NCBI GenBank assembly: GCA_048938105.1
Contig: JBHLMN010000001.1
Coordinates: 1-64,000 of the forward strand
Source: Promethearchaeota archaeon
GTDB lineage: Archaea; Asgardarchaeota; Heimdallarchaeia; Hodarchaeales; Hodarchaeaceae
Reading direction: 5' to 3'
Length of the DNA stretch: 64,000 nucleotides
Part shown: positions 57,001-63,000 of the stretch, piece after piece
How positions within the stretch are numbered: position 1 is the first letter of the stretch
Layout of the letters: each line of letters opens with the position of its first letter
Notes under the pieces: model-generated
Database searches by the model: none
What the model saw: only the letters and a program-made list of their open reading frames with translations
What the model was told of the DNA's origin: nothing
Position numbers and translations under genes: made by a program

Positions 57001-60000
57001 GAAAATTGTGCCATTAGCATGTGAGCGATTACTTTCAGTATCATCTACAGTTACGCGTACTCTAAACAATTCATGCATAGTCAGATGTTTATTGGAGTAG
57101 AATAAAGAAGTACTACTCTCTTTGTAGAGATATTCAGAATCTGGAATAATGATATTGATGACATTTACACTTGGTTTTGTAATATCTAAATGTAGTTTAA
57201 AATCTGCAGAATTCGAGTTGCCCACCTGGTCATAGATTGTTATGGTATAGCTTCCTGTCTTATTTGTTGGCTGAATGGAATATTGCCATTGCCAATAACG
57301 AGCATGAGACGTGCCATTCTTTGTACTAGTATTATCATAATTATCTCCTCCAAAAATTTCAGGGAAAGATGCTTTTTTCACTCCAGAATTGATACTAGGA
57401 ATGGATTCTTCAGCAAGCACAGTTACTGTAAAGAGAGGAGTGCCTGTGCTTTTATTAGAATAATAAAGGAGTGTTTCGTTTACAGGATGCATGTATTCTT
57501 TGATTGCATCTTCTGTAAATCCTATTACTGTTATTGTTGGTTTTATTTTGTCTTTTAAGAAAGTTACAGTTTTTATATCTGTGTTGTTTACTCTATCTAC
57601 TCCAGTAATTATTATATTTGTCTCTGGGTAGGATTGTTCTAAATCATTGGCATGGATAGTATAAGTGGCTTCCCAAACTGGAGTCCCTACATCTTCTGGA
57701 GGGGAATCTCCAAAATGAGTGGTGAAATTTACAGTTAAATAACCAGAGTCCCCATCATTTATAGTTCCATTGATTACTACATCAACTCCACTAGGATCCA
57801 TGAGATTACTAAAGTAGAAGTATGTTCCAATAATATAAAGATAAGGACTTCCTGAGGGATTATCAACTAGATCAATAGCCACATTTGGTGCTGTATTATC
57901 CTCACGAAACTGGAATGTATCTATAAAGGAATTATTCACATTATCAGTGGCTGTATAAGTTATAGTGACATCATCATAAATGATAGAATCTCCTGAATCG
58001 ATCTTATACGTAAATGTCCAAGCATTTAGCGACCCACCTCGAATTGGGTCATTTCCAAATAATGTATTATCAGTAATAGAAAGCAATCCTGATCCGCTCC
58101 CATCACTGGCATCTCCACCCACTATAAAATCAGTTAAAGTCAGTCCCATATTATCGGAATAGAATCCATGATCTGAACTCCCATCATAATAGAGATAATC
58201 TGACAACTCGCTAGTACTTACTGGATTATAGGCAATACTTGGATTGGTGTTATCCTCTCTAAGTTCAAAAGAAGCAATAGCGGTATTTGCCACATTATCG
58301 GTAGCAGTATAAGTCACCGTAAAGGTACCATTCCCAGCATCCCCTTGATCAATGGCATAAGTAAAGATCCAGCTCGCTAAGGTGCCACCACGAGGGAGAT
58401 CATTCCCAAAAGCAGTATCATCCTCTATAGATAAAAGATCCGCTCCTCCATCGCTAGCTGTTCCTCCCACGATGAAATTAGTATCTACAGCACCCATGTT
58501 ATCTGAATAATAACCATGAGCAGAACTCCCATCATAATAGAGATAATTTGAAGACTCGCTAGTAGTTACTGGATTATGGGCAATACTTGGATTGGTGTTA
58601 TCTAATCGAAATTCAAAAGTATCACTAGCATTTATACTTGATGTTTCGACTATGAATGCAGTAAAAGTAATAATAAATGTATTAAAGATTGAATCAGATG
58701 AATTAATGGAATAAGTGAAACTCCATGTGTCACTTGTACCACTTAGGGAATCATTAAGGGGATTATTTCCAAAAGATGTATCATCCCTTACAATGAATAA
58801 AGTTCCTGTTTCTGTACTGACTGTTCCTCCAACAGTGAAATCGACTGAAGTACTTCCCATATTATCCGAATAATAACCAAAATCGGAACTCCCATCATAG
58901 TAAAGGTAGGGGGACGATTCTGATATAAAGGCTGAGTCAATAGTGATGATGATTTGGCCTACAAGCTCAATTGCATCATATTGAAATTCTAAATAGTTAC
59001 CAGCATTATTTATAATCCTAATTATAAATGTACCATTCTTATCTCCCCAATAATTAAAATCTTTAAGGTCAGGTAGCCCACTGGTATCATTTATTGCAAC
59101 TCCAAATGTGTTATTCTTATCCCATTCAATTTTCCAAAACCCACTATTATTAATATCTCCAGTATTAAGAACTGTGACAGTAAAGTAATCATTTTGCTGA
59201 CTATCAAAATAAATTGAAGAGCCATCAAAAAAGGCATTATCAAATGGAGCACCATCAGCTCTATCCCAATCTAAAGTAAAGCCTTCGGGGGAATCAGTAT
59301 CGACAATAACCCATTGTGTTGAATTATCACCTTCATTCCCGACATGATCTATTACTTTAAGGTCAACAGTATGATTTGCTTCAGTCATGGTATATTGTTT
59401 AGTTATCTCTGATTGCCATACAAATGCTGCTCCATCATAGCTAAATCCATAAGGAGAACCAGGTAATCCTGATCCAGTACCATCTGTCGCTGTTCCTCCT
59501 ACTGTAAAGTCAACGGTGGGATCATCATAATAATTAGTATTGGGAGCATAACCAATCGTTTTCGGATCTGCATCTAAAATTAACCAGTAACTACTTGGAT
59601 TAATGATATCACGACTAATAGTTATTGATGTGGTACCAGCATTCCCTAAGAGATCATAAACAGTGATAAGTAAGCTGCCACTCCATGAGTCAGCATTGGT
59701 GATATTGACTACTGGTACGTCATAGGTTCTTCCTGCTTCAGTATCCTCCGTATCATCAGTGCGGTCTTCAGGGGATCCTCCAAGATTAGCGGCTGCAATT
59801 GCATAATTCAACCCAACACCTGTTCCATCATCCGTGTTTACCCCCACAGTAAATTTCGCCTCACTTGAACCCATGTCGTCTCCATACCACCATATTGAAC
59901 CATTCCAATAGATGTAATCCTCTTGACCATTTGCAACTTCGTATTGGTGGGTATAATCTATAGTTGCAGAAGGAGCTGTATCGTCTAAAGTAATGTTATT

Positions 60001-63000
60001 AATTCCTGTAAAAGTGGTATTAGTTCTCCCAGCTTTGTCTCTGATAGTAATTGTAATAAAGGTTACCCCATCAGTATAGCTTGGATCAAGGTTGATAATT
60101 GAATAAAACGGACTAGATTGACCTTGACCTGCGTCACTTGCTTGATCACCGTTTAGATTACAGACCACTTGAATGGAGTATACATTAACTTCATTAAAAC
60201 TAATGCTATAATTTGCAAAACCAGTTTCTCCTTGATCATACCAATTTGGAGAGTAATCTGGTAAAATAAAGTTCGTTGTGATTGATTTAGGATTGATTGT
60301 ATCAACATGTACCTCATAGGAGCGATTAAAGAGGCCATAATTTCCTACTTTATCAACAGCTACAGCCCAAAAAGTGTAATCACCATCATCTCCTATATCG
60401 ACAGGATATACGAAGGGATCATCAGATGAATTATATGCATCAGGCGAATTATCATCAACATCGAAAACCACTGTGTTTATTCCAGAGGCACCATCAGCAA
60501 TCGGGGATGGATTGATTGAGAACCCGCTTCCATCTTGATCCCAACCAGCTACTGGAGATCCATCATTACCAGATGCGGTAATACTCGCCATCGTCGGACC
60601 AGTGGTGTCTGCTGTAGTGATAAGAGTTACTCTCTGACTTAATCCACATTGATTAATTATGTCGACTGTAATACTCCCTATAGCCCCTGTATTAGAATGA
60701 TAATTTTCAGAGAGATCAGTTGAAGAGAAGGGAGGAGACGAATCATTAACAGGTGAAGCAATTCCCCAACCCTCGCTGAATACCACACGCCAGGGTCCGC
60801 TATTTCCCCAGTCACCTGAACTATCCATTGATATACTCCATTCTGTATCACCTCCGTTTCCCAGAAAAAGTTCTCCCGAAGTGATATCAGACGAATCAGA
60901 TATCCAAGCGTAAGAAGGAGCCGCCAAAGTCCATATCCCTGTGCCAATTATATCTATATCCATTCCCGTTGGTGTTTCTGTGGAGTAATATACATCAATA
61001 TTGGGGGAAAATGTAGATGTAGCATTGTTACCTACATTGTCTACAACTTGGTACCAGATAGTATTGATGGTTTCGGCTGTAAGTGGGCACGAAACATTTG
61101 ATCCATCAGTAACAGAATCGCCATAAGTTCCTGTCGTATTAGACTTAATCTTTAGGATATAAATACCAGAGCCATCTTCAGTACGGTATACTGTAGCGTT
61201 AAAGGTTGAATCATCATAAAAAGCTTGTATAGTGGTGTTTCCTTTAGTCGGTAGGTATCCATCACCATTATTATCAGTATTGTCATAATAATCAGCAATC
61301 GATATTGCTGAAGGATCATCATTGTCCTCTCGAAACTCAAAAGTCATTATAGCAGTGTTGTTAACGAGATCGGTGGCTGTGTATTTCACCCTAAATATTC
61401 CATTCCCAAAATCTCCTTGGGTGATGTTATAAGTAAATGTCCAACTTGATAACGTCCCACCCATACCTGGATCTTTTCCAAAAGTAGTATTATCTACTAT
61501 AGATAAAAGACCCGCTCCTCCATCGCTAGCTGTGCCTCCTATGACAAAATCAGTACCTACAGGACCCATATTATCTGAATAATAACCATGAGTAGAACTC
61601 CCATCATAATACAGATAAGCAGAAGCCTCAGTTGTCGTACTGGAACTAAAATCAATCGTTGGGTCAGTATTGTCTTCACGAAACTCAAAGGAAGTGGTAA
61701 AGAAATTTCCCACATTATCAGTCGCATTGTAGGTTACCGAAAAGGTGCCGTTCCCAGCATCCCCTTGATCGATCTCATATGTAAATGTCCAGCTGGTTAA
61801 GGTACCACCACGAGGGAGATCATTCCCAAATGTAGTATCGTCCTCTATAGACAAAAGATCCGCTCCTCCATCGCTAGCTGTGCCTCCCACAACGAAATTA
61901 GTATCAATTGAATCCATGTTATCTGAATAATAACCATGAGTAGAACTACCATCATAATACAGATAGGGAGAATCCTCTGTTGTCGTACTGGTACTGATTC
62001 CAATAGTCGGATCAGTATTATCTTCCCGAAACTCAAAAGTTATGATATTGCTATTGTTCACCCTATCAATGGCTTTATAGGTCACTGTGAATGTCCCATT
62101 GTTCTTATCCCCTTGATCAATGGCATAAGTGAACGTCCAACTCGTAAGGGATCCCCCTCGTGGGGGATTATTCCCAAACGCAGTATCATCTTCGACTGCT
62201 AGCAATCCTACGCCTCCATCACTTGCAGTCCCTCCTATGATGAAATCATTATCCACAGAACCCATATTGTCCGAATAATAACCATAAGCAGCACTTCCCT
62301 CATAGTAGAGATAAGGAGACGATTCACTAGTTGCACCTGGATTATGTGTAATGGCAGGAATTGTATTGTCCTCTTTAAACTCAAAGTAAGCAGGTTTAGT
62401 ATTACCAACACGATCAGTGGCTGTGTACATAATTACGAACGTATGCTGGGCAGAGTCACCTGAAGTAATGCTATAAGTAAAGATCCAGTCCGTTAATGAT
62501 CCACTATTACTTGGATCAGTTCCAAATGTGGTATTATCAATTATTGAGAGTAAACCTGCGCCACCATCGCTTGCTGTGCCACCCACCACAAAATCAGTTG
62601 GCGTACTTCCCATATTATTCGAATAGTATCCATAAGCTGCAACGTTATCATAATAAAGGTAATTAGACGACTCACTTGTTGTACTTGGATCGTGATTATT
62701 AGTTGGATCAGTGTTATCTACACGAAATTCGAATAATGTTGTCCCATTATTACCTACATTATCAGTAGCAGTGTAAATGATGTTAAAGGTTCCTTCAGAG
62801 GAATCATCTGAATCGATGGTGTATGAAAAAGTCCAACTACTTAATGAACCACCTCTACTTGGGTTATCACCAAATGTAGTGGTATTATCGGTAACCAATT
62901 GCATACCTGCATCTGCATCATTAGCTGTTCCCCCAACAATAAACGTTACAGTTGTTAATTCCATGTTATCTGAGTAATACCCATGTGCAGAACTCCCATC

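Noticed and set aside
34395-62977. Many short ORFs inside the three large genes (e.g. 34395-34841, 37507-37890, 60678-60947)
   Set aside because: Antisense or off-frame shadows of well-supported genes, with no motifs
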